DNA of 64,000 bases from an uncultured virus (IMG/VR IMGVR_UViG_2941446319_000001). Lineage: Duplodnaviria; Heunggongvirae; Uroviricota; Caudoviricetes. The notes beneath the pieces are model-generated. The model was not told the DNA's origin. It searched no databases and saw only the letters and a program-made list of their open reading frames with translations. The stretch is from the IMG/VR virus record IMGVR_UViG_2941446319_000001, one strand, 5' to 3'. A program made the position numbers and the translations under genes. Positions within the stretch are counted from its first letter, which is position 1. Every line of letters begins with the position of its first letter. Shown one piece after another: positions 46,868 to 55,320 of this stretch.

Positions 46868-48397
46868 TTACGGGCGGCCGACAGCGGCCAGGCGGGCGGC
46901 TTCGGGACTGAGCCCGCGGGACTTGTACGTCTCCTCCAGCGCCGTCACGGTCGCCGCATCCGAGACGGACGACGCGGACGAGGTGGCGGACTCGCCCAGG
47001 CCGCGGACCTGACCGGCGCCCTCACCCTCGGCGAGGGAGGCCAGGTAGGTGGATTCGGCCTTCGCCGCCTCCTCCACGCTGGTCTTCAGAGCGGACTCGT
47101 CTAGGGTGTTCTCGCCGGTCAGCGGGACACTCTCGGAGGTGACCGCGGCCAGGAGCTTGGCCTGCGCGCCGGCGGGCAGGCCGGACTCGGCCAGCACCTT
47201 CGTGGCGATGGGACGGGCGGCCTCCAGGGCGGTGAAGCGGGCCAGCATCAGCTTGGCGTCAGCGGCCTCCTGCAGCGCGGCGGCCTTGTCAGCCTCAGCG
47301 GTGGTGCGCGCCTCTTCCAGCTCGCGCGCCTGGGCCTCGGTGAGCTCGGGCATGCCGACCTCTCTTTCGTTCTCGACGGCGGGCGAGCTGCCCGGCTCGT
47401 TCTTGGATTCCGCCACCTCGGTGGGCGCGGGGTTCTCGGGGTTGGCGGCGTCTGCCGCTACGGGAGGGGAGGGGTCGTCCCACAGGTCCCGCTCGTACAG
47501 GTGAGGCATCTGGTCGGCGACCTTCGCGTTGAACGCGGTCAGCCCTTCGCCGATCGCCTGCGACAGGCCGATGCGCTCGTCGCGAGACAGCCGGCCCTCG
47601 CCGAACATGTCGTCGCACATCTCGGTGAACAGCCGATGAATGCGGGACTCCAGCCAGTGGCCGACGTTGCGCGCCTCCGAAACCTTCGCCGCAGGCTTCG
47701 ACTTGGGCGCGACCTTGCCCTTGAGGAAGGGGGGCAGGTCCTCCTCGTCGTCGTCCTCATCCGGTTCGACGTCTTCGGCGTCGTCTGGCTTCTTGCTGTC
47801 GTCGTCCTGGCCCTTGGCGTCCTTCTTCTTGAACGGCGGCGCCTTCGCCTCAGTGGCGGACCTCAGCAGGTCCCCCGACTGAGCGCGGGCCGATTCCAGC
47901 AGTGCCACGATCTTTCCTCCAGCTCCTGCGGCGGTCACGAAGTCCACGGAGGACGCCTCGGCGAGGCTGGTGACGATCGGGCCGCGAATGTTGTCCTCGG
48001 TGGACGCCTCGACGGTGCCGAAGGCGCGGATGCTCATGCCGATGTGCTCGGCCATGGCTTCGATGACGGGCGCCCAGTGCGGGTACACCTCGACGTCGGC
48101 GTACAGGCCGTCGCCCTCGTAGACCGCGGTGGTGGCCAGATGGCCCGCCAGGTCGCGCACGGAGCGCTCGGGCCGCTCGTACGCCTCGGTGACGCCCGGG
48201 TGATCCAAAAACACGGGCAGACCCTGGACGAATACGGCGGGGCCGTCCTGCCGCAGCATCGCCGCCGGGTAGAAGCCGGAACTGCCTTGCACGTCCCCGG
48301 CGATGATCCGCGCCCGGAACTTGCGGTTTTTCGGGGCCTGCCCGCCCGTAGCCTCGGCGAGCGGCACGCGCTCGACGAGCGCCTGCTGTTCGGGCAT
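46868..48397 (-). CDS. Prohead protease / scaffold fusion
   Basis: GSSGFYPA..FLDHP..SVDFVTAAGAGGK, then an acidic helical scaffold. Confidence 0.82.
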   Translation of the reverse strand: MPEQQALVERVPLAEATGGQAPKNRKFRARIIAGDVQGSSGFYPAAMLRQDGPAVFVQGLPVFLDHPGVTEAYERPERSVRDLAGHLATTAVYEGDGLYADVEVYPHWAPVIEAMAEHIGMSIRAFGTVEASTEDNIRGPIVTSLAEASSVDFVTAAGAGGKIVALLESARAQSGDLLRSATEAKAPPFKKKDAKGQDDDSKKPDDAEDVEPDEDDDEEDLPPFLKGKVAPKSKPAAKVSEARNVGHWLESRIHRLFTEMCDDMFGEGRLSRDERIGLSQAIGEGLTAFNAKVADQMPHLYERDLWDDPSPPVAADAANPENPAPTEVAESKNEPGSSPAVENEREVGMPELTEAQARELEEARTTAEADKAAALQEAADAKLMLARFTALEAARPIATKVLAESGLPAGAQAKLLAAVTSESVPLTGENTLDESALKTSVEEAAKAESTYLASLAEGEGAGQVRGLGESATSSASSVSDAATVTALEETYKSRGLSPEAARLAAVGRP

Positions 48398-48410
48398 GGT
48401 GACCTCCAGG

Positions 48411-48563
48411 TCAGGTGATGTCAGGCAGGAAGCCTGCGAAGACGAGCAGCGCCCCGGCGAGGCAGGCGAGGGCGGCGACCCAGCCCTTGTGGACGGCGGC
48501 GTAGACGGCAGCCCCGAGCAGGCAGAGGCCGGCGATGATGACGAGCAGTTCGGTGACGGACAT
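48411..48563 (-). CDS. Small two-TM membrane protein
   Basis: Own translation MSVTELLVIIAGLCLLGAAVYAAVHKGWVAALACLAGALLVFAGFLPDIT; GGAG RBS. Confidence 0.6.
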   Translation of the reverse strand: MSVTELLVIIAGLCLLGAAVYAAVHKGWVAALACLAGALLVFAGFLPDIT

Positions 48564-48579
48564 CAGGTCTCCCTGAGGT

Positions 48580-49668
48580 TCAGGCGGCGCTGCTGCGTCG
48601 CTGCTTGGCGATGCGCTCCAGGTCCTTGACCGGCCGCACCCCGTACGAGTCGCGCCATTCGGGGGTCGTGCGGAGTTCCGGCAGGTCTTCCCACTCGACG
48701 TCGCCTGACTTGAGCAGGTCGAGGCGACGGCGACCCATGATCTGCACCTGCTCGGCTTCGGGCAGTGCGTTGAAGATGGCGCGTGCGTCGGGGATGAGGT
48801 CGTCGGGCTCGTCGATGCCTTCGAAGCCGAGGTCGGCCCAGCTCTTGGTTTTGGGTGTGCGACTGCAGCGGCCCTGTTGGTGATCTATCGGACCTGGCTC
48901 GGTCAGCGGGTGGACGGTGCCATGGCGAGCCCAGCACGAGGGACAGGTTCGGCCCCTGCTGGAGTTGAGCTCGCACATCCACACCCAGCCCGCCAGCACG
49001 TCGCCGTGCTGTTCCTGGCCGATCTCGGCGGCCTCGCGGTGGGCGTCCAACGTCTCGGTGCGCGCCAGGTTGAGCGCCCGGGTGAGACCGCCGTTGAACT
49101 CGCCTTCGAGGTTCTTCACCATCCGGGCGGCGGCGGTGCGCGGGTTGTCGCCCACGACCACGCCGCGGACCAGTTCACGTTTCATCCGCTCGGTGGCTTC
49201 GTCGGCGAGGGGCCAGTGCCGGGCGTGGATCTGCTCGGCGGTGCGGCGGACGATCGAGTCGATGGCGTCGGGCTGCTGGACCTTGTAGTTCGCGGCGAGC
49301 GCCTTGGTGGAGCCGTACGGGAGTTGGGAGGCGACGAGCGGGTTCTGGGCGTCGAGGGCGACCTTGGCCGCCAGTCGGGCGGCTTCGATCGTCTCGGTGC
49401 GGGTGAGGTCGGCGAGGCGTTCGAGGGTGGCGCCGATCACGTCAAGGGCGCGCACCACGCGGGCGGTGTGCTGGATCTGCCTGCGTGACGGCCACGCCCC
49501 GTCGCCGATCTGCAGGAGCTCGCCGATCGCCTCCACGACGTCGAGGGCGATCTGATCCCACGCTCTCACCCAGGCGGAGACCAGCGACCTGGACGTGCTG
49601 TCCACGATGCTGCTGACCGCCTGGCGCATCTGCTCGACGATGCGGATCGTCTCCGAGGTGATCGCCAT
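48580..49668 (-). CDS. Minor head (MuF-like) protein
   Basis: RALNLARTE..RTCPSCWARHG..DHQQGRCSR. Confidence 0.88.
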   Translation of the reverse strand: MAITSETIRIVEQMRQAVSSIVDSTSRSLVSAWVRAWDQIALDVVEAIGELLQIGDGAWPSRRQIQHTARVVRALDVIGATLERLADLTRTETIEAARLAAKVALDAQNPLVASQLPYGSTKALAANYKVQQPDAIDSIVRRTAEQIHARHWPLADEATERMKRELVRGVVVGDNPRTAAARMVKNLEGEFNGGLTRALNLARTETLDAHREAAEIGQEQHGDVLAGWVWMCELNSSRGRTCPSCWARHGTVHPLTEPGPIDHQQGRCSRTPKTKSWADLGFEGIDEPDDLIPDARAIFNALPEAEQVQIMGRRRLDLLKSGDVEWEDLPELRTTPEWRDSYGVRPVKDLERIAKQRRSSAA

Positions 49669-49678
49669 GACCACCTCG

Positions 49679-51346
49679 CTACGCCGGGTCGGGCTCCGCG
49701 GCCGGTTCGTCGTCCGGGGGCTTTTCGTCTTCGCTGCCGGGCTTGTCGGGCTTACGGCCTGCGAGGAGTGCGGCCGGATCGTCGCCGCGGCGGAAGGCGT
49801 CCACGGCAGCCTGGCCGGCTTGCCCTGCGGCGCCTTCAGGGGGCTTGAAGTTGCCGTCCTCATCCGTCAATCCGTCGAGGATGGACTCCACATCTCTCAC
49901 GCCGAGCGCCTCCAGGAGGAGACGGACGACGACGAGAGGCGGCACGTAGCCGGTCGCGTCGGCCTTCACGATGGCCTCGATGACGGCGCCAGGGTCAAGG
50001 TCGTCAATGTCAGGCCAGGCGATATCCAGCGTGTCGTCGGCGTCGGCGGCGAGTTCAACGGTTTCGACGCCGTCTTCCAGCCTGACGGTGCCCTTGAGCT
50101 TGCCCTGCGGCGCCTTTACCGCGGAGGCGATGACGTAGCCGAGGATGGCCTGGAACGTTTCCGTCCACGCCTCGCGGCGGAGCTCCATGGTGCGCTCAGT
50201 GGGCGAGTCGAGGGTTTCGGCTGTGGCGCGGGCGCCGGTGGTGCCGGGGTCTCCGAGGAGCATCGTCACCGGTACGTCGAGGGCTGCGGCCACCATGGCG
50301 GCGAGCGGACGCCCGGACTCGGAGTCGATCGTGGCGCCCGACTTGGGGATGGCCTCCAACGCCATGTCCGGGGTGGTAAAGGCGGTGGCGCCGGCGCGCT
50401 GCGGTTCGCCGCTGTAGCGGTCGGTGGTCGGGGCTGTGGCCATCCTCGCCTTGGCCGCGGCCTGCTTGCTGCCCTTGCTGGTGAGCTTCCACGCGAACCG
50501 GGACAGCGCCTTGACGAGGGTCGCCCAGTCCTCCAGGAAGCTCTTGTACGCCTGCGCCCAGTCGATCGCGGTGTAGGTGACGCCGAGGCCGAACTTCCAG
50601 CCCTTGTCGCCGCCCGTCTTCATGTGGTGGACGGGGGCGTCCCACATGACCTCCGCCACGTCGCCGACCTGGTCGCGCACCCGGAGCGGCTTAGCACCCT
50701 TGGGGCGGTAGCCGAGCGCCGGATAGTAGACGGTGCGGTGCCGGGAGGTGAGGCCGCCGGTGATCGGGTCGGTGCTGCTCTCGAACCAGACGCGCTTGTA
50801 GTACCAGACTTCGGAGCAGTCTTCGGGGTTGGTGATGACGTCGGCGATCTCATCCCAGGGGATGGATCGGGCTTGGACGCGGCCGGTGCGCGGGTTGGTG
50901 AACAGCGCCCAGAACAGGTTGCCGTCCGTGTCCAGCGCCTTCTCGTTCTCGATCTTCGCCTGTGCGCCGGTCAGGCAGCGGCGGTTACCGGCGTCGTCGA
51001 GGAACGCCTGGACGAGGGCGTTGACGTCCTCGTCGCGGGCGCTGATCTCCACGCCTTGGCCCCACACGTACGCCATCCGCAGGGCCAGCCCGCGCTTGAT
51101 CAGGGCGTTCTTCAACGCCATGATCCGGTTGACGGCAGTGATCTGCCGCAACCCTTCGCGGGTGAACTCCTGCTCGGCCATCGAGGTCAGCCGCTGCCAG
51201 CCCGGCTCGTACATGCGCCGTTCGAGGTCGGCGATGGACTCTTCCAGGTGGGCGACCGTCGCACGCTCTGCGCGGACCACCTCGGCCAGCTCGGTGCGGC
51301 CGGTCACCCGGTAGAACGTCTCCTGCAAGCGGGAGGCGAGACCCAC
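49679..51346 (-). CDS. Portal protein
   Basis: 555 aa between TerL and MuF; DGNLF..LLGDPGTTGARATAETLD. Confidence 0.88.
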   Translation of the reverse strand: MGLASRLQETFYRVTGRTELAEVVRAERATVAHLEESIADLERRMYEPGWQRLTSMAEQEFTREGLRQITAVNRIMALKNALIKRGLALRMAYVWGQGVEISARDEDVNALVQAFLDDAGNRRCLTGAQAKIENEKALDTDGNLFWALFTNPRTGRVQARSIPWDEIADVITNPEDCSEVWYYKRVWFESSTDPITGGLTSRHRTVYYPALGYRPKGAKPLRVRDQVGDVAEVMWDAPVHHMKTGGDKGWKFGLGVTYTAIDWAQAYKSFLEDWATLVKALSRFAWKLTSKGSKQAAAKARMATAPTTDRYSGEPQRAGATAFTTPDMALEAIPKSGATIDSESGRPLAAMVAAALDVPVTMLLGDPGTTGARATAETLDSPTERTMELRREAWTETFQAILGYVIASAVKAPQGKLKGTVRLEDGVETVELAADADDTLDIAWPDIDDLDPGAVIEAIVKADATGYVPPLVVVRLLLEALGVRDVESILDGLTDEDGNFKPPEGAAGQAGQAAVDAFRRGDDPAALLAGRKPDKPGSEDEKPPDDEPAAEPDPA

Positions 51347-51360
51347 AATGCCTCCCTCGG

Positions 51361-52821
51361 CTAATACGGCGAGATTGAGAACTCGGCCAGGTCGTCGTCG
51401 AGGTCTTCGTTGCCGACGATCTCGTCAGGCGGCGCCACGTGGCCGTAGGCGAGCATCACCGAGTCGGCGCGGTCAGGAGACGGCAGGCCGCGCTTCTTCA
51501 TGTCGTCCTTCGACTCGATCAGCACCTGGCCGCGGGCAGTGAACTTGTACTTGAGGGTGCCGAGCTGTGAGGCGAGCTCATCGTCTTCGGGGTCAAGGTC
51601 GATGTCGCCGGCCTCGAACCGTTCACGGAGCCCCCACCACCATTCGGCGCGGGCGTTCGCGTAGTGCTCGCGGTCCATCGCCCCGGCGCCGGACTGCATG
51701 TCGAGGACGTCATGCCCCGCTTCGAGGAGCTCGTCGACGACGCCGGAGCCGACACCGACGCCGTCCACGCGGATCTCCTGCACGTGGTGCTCGCGCTTGG
51801 CCGCGATGACCTTCCCGGTCGTCTCGGTCGTCCTGGCGTGGGAGAAGTCACCGATGATGCGGGCGATCGGCCCGCGGGCGAGGCACAGGATGGAGCGGTC
51901 GGAGCCGAAGCGTGCGACATCCACGCCGAGGACGTTGACCGGGCCGGGTTCCAGGGTGCGCTGCCGGGCGGCTTCGATCCAGCGGGGCGAGATGAGGGTG
52001 TCGTCGCCGACCTCGGGGAAGTCACCGAGGACCTTGGACACGTAGCGGGGCGAGGTTTCGCCCCACCGCTTGCGCTTGTCCTCAACCCACTCGGGCGACA
52101 ACATGAGCGGCCGGAGCTTCTCGGGGAACGGCTCGTCGGTGAAGTTCGGGGTGTCGAACCCGGAGATGCGGATCGTGTTCCAGCCGGAGCCGGGCTTACA
52201 CACGTTGCCGAATTCGGTGTTCGGGTCATCGGGGTTGCCGATCGCCAGGATGCGGCAGTCGGCGCCGGTGGTGATGGCCTCTACGGCGGTCCACAGCTGT
52301 TCGGGGATGCCGCACGCCTCGTCGAGGATGACCAGGACGTAGCGGCGGTGGATTCCCTGGAAGCCGTGCTGGTCCTGGTCTGCCGGCTTGCGACCCCAGC
52401 CGACCAGAGTGCCGTCGTCCAGCTTCCACTCATCCGACTGCAGTACCCGTCCGGGCAGCGGGTCGCCGGCCGGGTTCTTGGCCGCCTTCCGGATCTCCTC
52501 CCACAGGATCGCGTGCACCTGCGCGTAGGTGGGGGCGGTGGAGACGATGAACGCCTCACCGGGCGGGTGGACGTCGATCCACCAGCAGGCGATCTGGGCG
52601 GCGAGGAACGACTTGCCGGCGTTGTGGCAGGACTTCACCGCGGTGCGGCGATGCCCTACGACTGACAGGGCGATGTCGCGCTGCTTGGACCAGAGGTGCC
52701 CGCCGAGCCTGTCGTGGACCCAGCCGACCGGATCGTTCAGGTAGGGACTCGGCTTGGGTGGTTCGACGCTCTCTTCGATGCGGTCAGCTGCTCGCGACAG
52801 AACGGAGGCGACGGGCGACAT
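51361..52821 (-). CDS. terL: Terminase large subunit
   Basis: SCHNAGKS, VILDEACG, IGNP, GVDVARFGSD, SPDRAD. Confidence 0.95.
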   Translation of the reverse strand: MSPVASVLSRAADRIEESVEPPKPSPYLNDPVGWVHDRLGGHLWSKQRDIALSVVGHRRTAVKSCHNAGKSFLAAQIACWWIDVHPPGEAFIVSTAPTYAQVHAILWEEIRKAAKNPAGDPLPGRVLQSDEWKLDDGTLVGWGRKPADQDQHGFQGIHRRYVLVILDEACGIPEQLWTAVEAITTGADCRILAIGNPDDPNTEFGNVCKPGSGWNTIRISGFDTPNFTDEPFPEKLRPLMLSPEWVEDKRKRWGETSPRYVSKVLGDFPEVGDDTLISPRWIEAARQRTLEPGPVNVLGVDVARFGSDRSILCLARGPIARIIGDFSHARTTETTGKVIAAKREHHVQEIRVDGVGVGSGVVDELLEAGHDVLDMQSGAGAMDREHYANARAEWWWGLRERFEAGDIDLDPEDDELASQLGTLKYKFTARGQVLIESKDDMKKRGLPSPDRADSVMLAYGHVAPPDEIVGNEDLDDDLAEFSISPY

Positions 52822-53329
52822 GGCGGCTCGCCTCCACCTGCTGCTCTTGCGGTAGTCCGAGGTCGGCGATGCCTCCGGTCACGGCCCGCATGATGAGGTC
52901 GGCCTGCTGTTCGGAGATGCGCGCCAGGCGTTCGTCGATGTTGAGCCGGGCCATGGCGGTGAGGAACTTCTCGCACCGGTCCATGGCCCGCTCGAAGAGT
53001 GCGACCTCGGCGCGAAGCTGTTCGCCGCCTTCGGTGGAGTAGCGGAGGCTGGTGAGTTCGTTGACGTGGTCGCGGATGGCGTCCTTCCAAGCGACGACCT
53101 CGCCGGTGATCTTCGCCAGTTCGGATAGCGGGTCCGTGATGGGCTCGACGTCCATGCGGGCCAGTTGTGCGCGGACCTTGCCTTCGGCTACACGCTGGGC
53201 GGCTTTGGCTTTCACCTGCTTGGCGCGTCCGCCGTGGGCGTGGCATACGAGGCCGCCGGTGATGGCGTAGTTGTTGCACGGGTCGCCGTTGGTCTTGCGG
53301 CCTTTGCACTTCAGGGCTTGCCGTCCCAT
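52784..53329 (-). CDS. terS: Terminase small subunit (HGGxSTG-type)
   Basis: CKGRKTNGDPC..VCHAHGG; directly upstream of TerL. Confidence 0.75.
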   Translation of the reverse strand: MGRQALKCKGRKTNGDPCNNYAITGGLVCHAHGGRAKQVKAKAAQRVAEGKVRAQLARMDVEPITDPLSELAKITGEVVAWKDAIRDHVNELTSLRYSTEGGEQLRAEVALFERAMDRCEKFLTAMARLNIDERLARISEQQADLIMRAVTGGIADLGLPQEQQVEASRHVARRLRSVASS

Positions 53330-53465
53330 GTGCCGCCTCCAAGGGTTCGAGGTGTGGGGGCGGGTTCTGGGTCGCGGGCCCGGAAGGGATCTTGTTCTGC
53401 TGGGACGATTACGGACGGTAGGTATCAGCCCCGGCGATCGAGAGAGCTTTTCATCGAAATCTCAC

Positions 53466-53753
53466 TTACCGTGACGAAACAGGGGGCATCTCTGTGGCCG
53501 TGTTCGGCGGCTGAGCAGTGCCGTTCCGGTGCTCGTCGTCCAGGTGTTCGACCGCAACCGCCCACAGGCTGGGGATGGTCAGGACGTACGCCACCTTGGG
53601 ATCCCGGTAGTCGCCTTCGAGGTGGCCGTAGTGAGCGATCGGGTGGCCCTTGCAGTCCCGGCAGTAGAGGCTCACTCCGCCGTCTGCGTCGCCTGTCAGC
53701 TTGAGGCGCTGGTCGAGGAGTGCGGCTATGAGAGCGTCGGTGGAGACCCTCAT
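53466..53753 (-). CDS. Hypothetical protein
   Basis: Part of a tightly packed small-gene run; CxxC. Confidence 0.55.
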   Translation of the reverse strand: MRVSTDALIAALLDQRLKLTGDADGGVSLYCRDCKGHPIAHYGHLEGDYRDPKVAYVLTIPSLWAVAVEHLDDEHRNGTAQPPNTATEMPPVSSR

Positions 53754-53754
53754 G

Positions 53755-53949
53755 TCAGCCCTTGGCCTTCGGATAGCTGCCGACCTCGACCGTCTCCCTG
53801 GGGGCCACTTCGTCCAGGACGACAGGCCACACGCAGTCGGTCGGCTCAACGCAGGCGGCCACAGCCTTCTCCCGCGAGGAGAACACGCCGCCCAGCTCCC
53901 ACAGGCTGCCGTCCTGGCTCTTTACCTGGCCCATGATCCAGAGACTCAT
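53755..53949 (-). CDS. Hypothetical protein
   Basis: WELGGVFSSREKAVAAC; ATGA coupling. Confidence 0.65.
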   Translation of the reverse strand: MSLWIMGQVKSQDGSLWELGGVFSSREKAVAACVEPTDCVWPVVLDEVAPRETVEVGSYPKAKG

Positions 53950-54191
53950 CGCTCAGCCTCGCTCATGAACACTTCCCGGACCTTGGTAAGCCCGTCCGGC
54001 CAGCGGGCGACCAGGAAGCGGCGGGTCCGAGATGGCAGCTCGCACGACACGCTGTCGTCCCGCGTGAAAACCAGTTCGCCCGGGAGGTGGCCGCCGGTGG
54101 CGAGTTCATCGGCAGTGGGTGCGTCGGCGGTCCGCAGGTTGATCGCGAACGTCACTCGCACCTCTGATCCATCGCCCACGAAGTTGCTCAT
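53946..54191 (-). CDS. Hypothetical protein resembling the N-terminus of the tail tube protein
   Basis: GDGSEVRVTFAINLRTADAPTADELATG versus GDGNVKVTFCLTVANINAPTAAELNAG. Confidence 0.55.
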   Translation of the reverse strand: MSNFVGDGSEVRVTFAINLRTADAPTADELATGGHLPGELVFTRDDSVSCELPSRTRRFLVARWPDGLTKVREVFMSEAER

Positions 54192-54457
54192 TGCTCACCT
54201 GCCGGAGGAGTCCAGCCGAGAACGATCAGCGCGGCCCATGCTTCGTCGGGCATGGACACCTCGAAGCGGGAGTTCTCCACGCCTAGTTCCGTGACCTCGA
54301 TCGCGTAGATGGCGAGCTCCGCTTCTACGCGAGGCCAGCCGTTGCGCGGGTCCACGTCGATGGTGAGGCGGCGAATGCCTTCGCTGAAGTCTTGCCCGTC
54401 GAGGGTGACCTTGTGAGGGAGCGGGCCACCGGACAGGGTGAGGGTGCGCTTGGACAT
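54188..54457 (-). CDS. Hypothetical protein
   Basis: Coupled to neighbours. Confidence 0.6.
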   Translation of the reverse strand: MSKRTLTLSGGPLPHKVTLDGQDFSEGIRRLTIDVDPRNGWPRVEAELAIYAIEVTELGVENSRFEVSMPDEAWAALIVLGWTPPAGEQ

Positions 54458-54696
54458 CACGCGCTCACCTGCCCCATGCCGAGCCAGCCGTTCAGGATGC
54501 TGGCGTGGATGATGCCCGCCATGAGCAGGACGCATCCGAGCCACACCCCACCGTGGCCGAGGGGCCCGATCTTGGCGCCTTCAAACTCTTCCTGCCAGAT
54601 CCACAGCAGGGCGTTGACCGCGCCGAAACTGCCGAGGGCGGAGCAGAGGAGCAGGATTCCGAGCAGAATCTGACCTGCGACGTACATGAAGTCCAT
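54457..54696 (-). CDS. Small membrane protein
   Basis: Two TM helices; GGAG RBS. Confidence 0.6.
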   Translation of the reverse strand: MDFMYVAGQILLGILLLCSALGSFGAVNALLWIWQEEFEGAKIGPLGHGGVWLGCVLLMAGIIHASILNGWLGMGQVSA

Positions 54697-54802
54697 GGGG
54701 GTTCTCCCGGTAATGGCGAGGACCCCGAGTCCGGGAGGTCTCGGGGCCCTCTAACCTGCGGTGGCGAACCGCAGGGTCCTATCCGGCACAGGTTGTGCCA
54801 GG

Positions 54803-54991
54803 TCAGGCGTCCTGTTTGCGTTCAGCCCGCGAAGCCTGCCAACTCGACCAGTGGCCGGCGACGTTGGCCCAGACGGACATGATGACGAGCCAGGGGATGG
54901 AGTCCTTCCACCACAGTAGCGACGGGATCATGAGGGCGATCCAGGTGATGGTGGCTGCCAGGTGAAAGTGCTGCCAAAAGCGTGAACTCAT
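54803..54991 (-). CDS. Small membrane protein
   Basis: Trp-rich, two TM helices. Confidence 0.65.
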   Translation of the reverse strand: MSSRFWQHFHLAATITWIALMIPSLLWWKDSIPWLVIMSVWANVAGHWSSWQASRAERKQDA

Positions 54992-54997
54992 GGCAGG

Positions 54998-55309
54998 TCA
55001 GTCGATCTTTACGGGGCGGCCTTCGATGACCGGCTCCTCAGGTGAGGCGTCGATCCGCACGAACGGCACGTAGGTGCCGGGCGCGGCGGAGAAGTCGAAG
55101 TTGGTGCCGGGCCCGATCAGGATCTGGGCGACGGTCTGACCGTCCTCGTCCTCACCCCACCCGGCCTCTTTCCACCCGGCCTCCGTTGGGCGTGCTGGGT
55201 ACAGGCACACCTGCATCTCCACGCCCAAGCCGGTGAGCACGTCGGGAGGGCCGTCGACCGCCACGTCCAAGTACTCCTTGGATTCGCGCGGGTACTCGCG
55301 TACAGGCAT
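54998..55309 (-). CDS. Putative fibre-associated structural protein
   Basis: GGAGG RBS; ESKEYL..ILIGP..VRIDASPEEPV. Confidence 0.65.
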   Translation of the reverse strand: MPVREYPRESKEYLDVAVDGPPDVLTGLGVEMQVCLYPARPTEAGWKEAGWGEDEDGQTVAQILIGPGTNFDFSAAPGTYVPFVRIDASPEEPVIEGRPVKID

Positions 55310-55320
55310 CGGCCCTCCTT

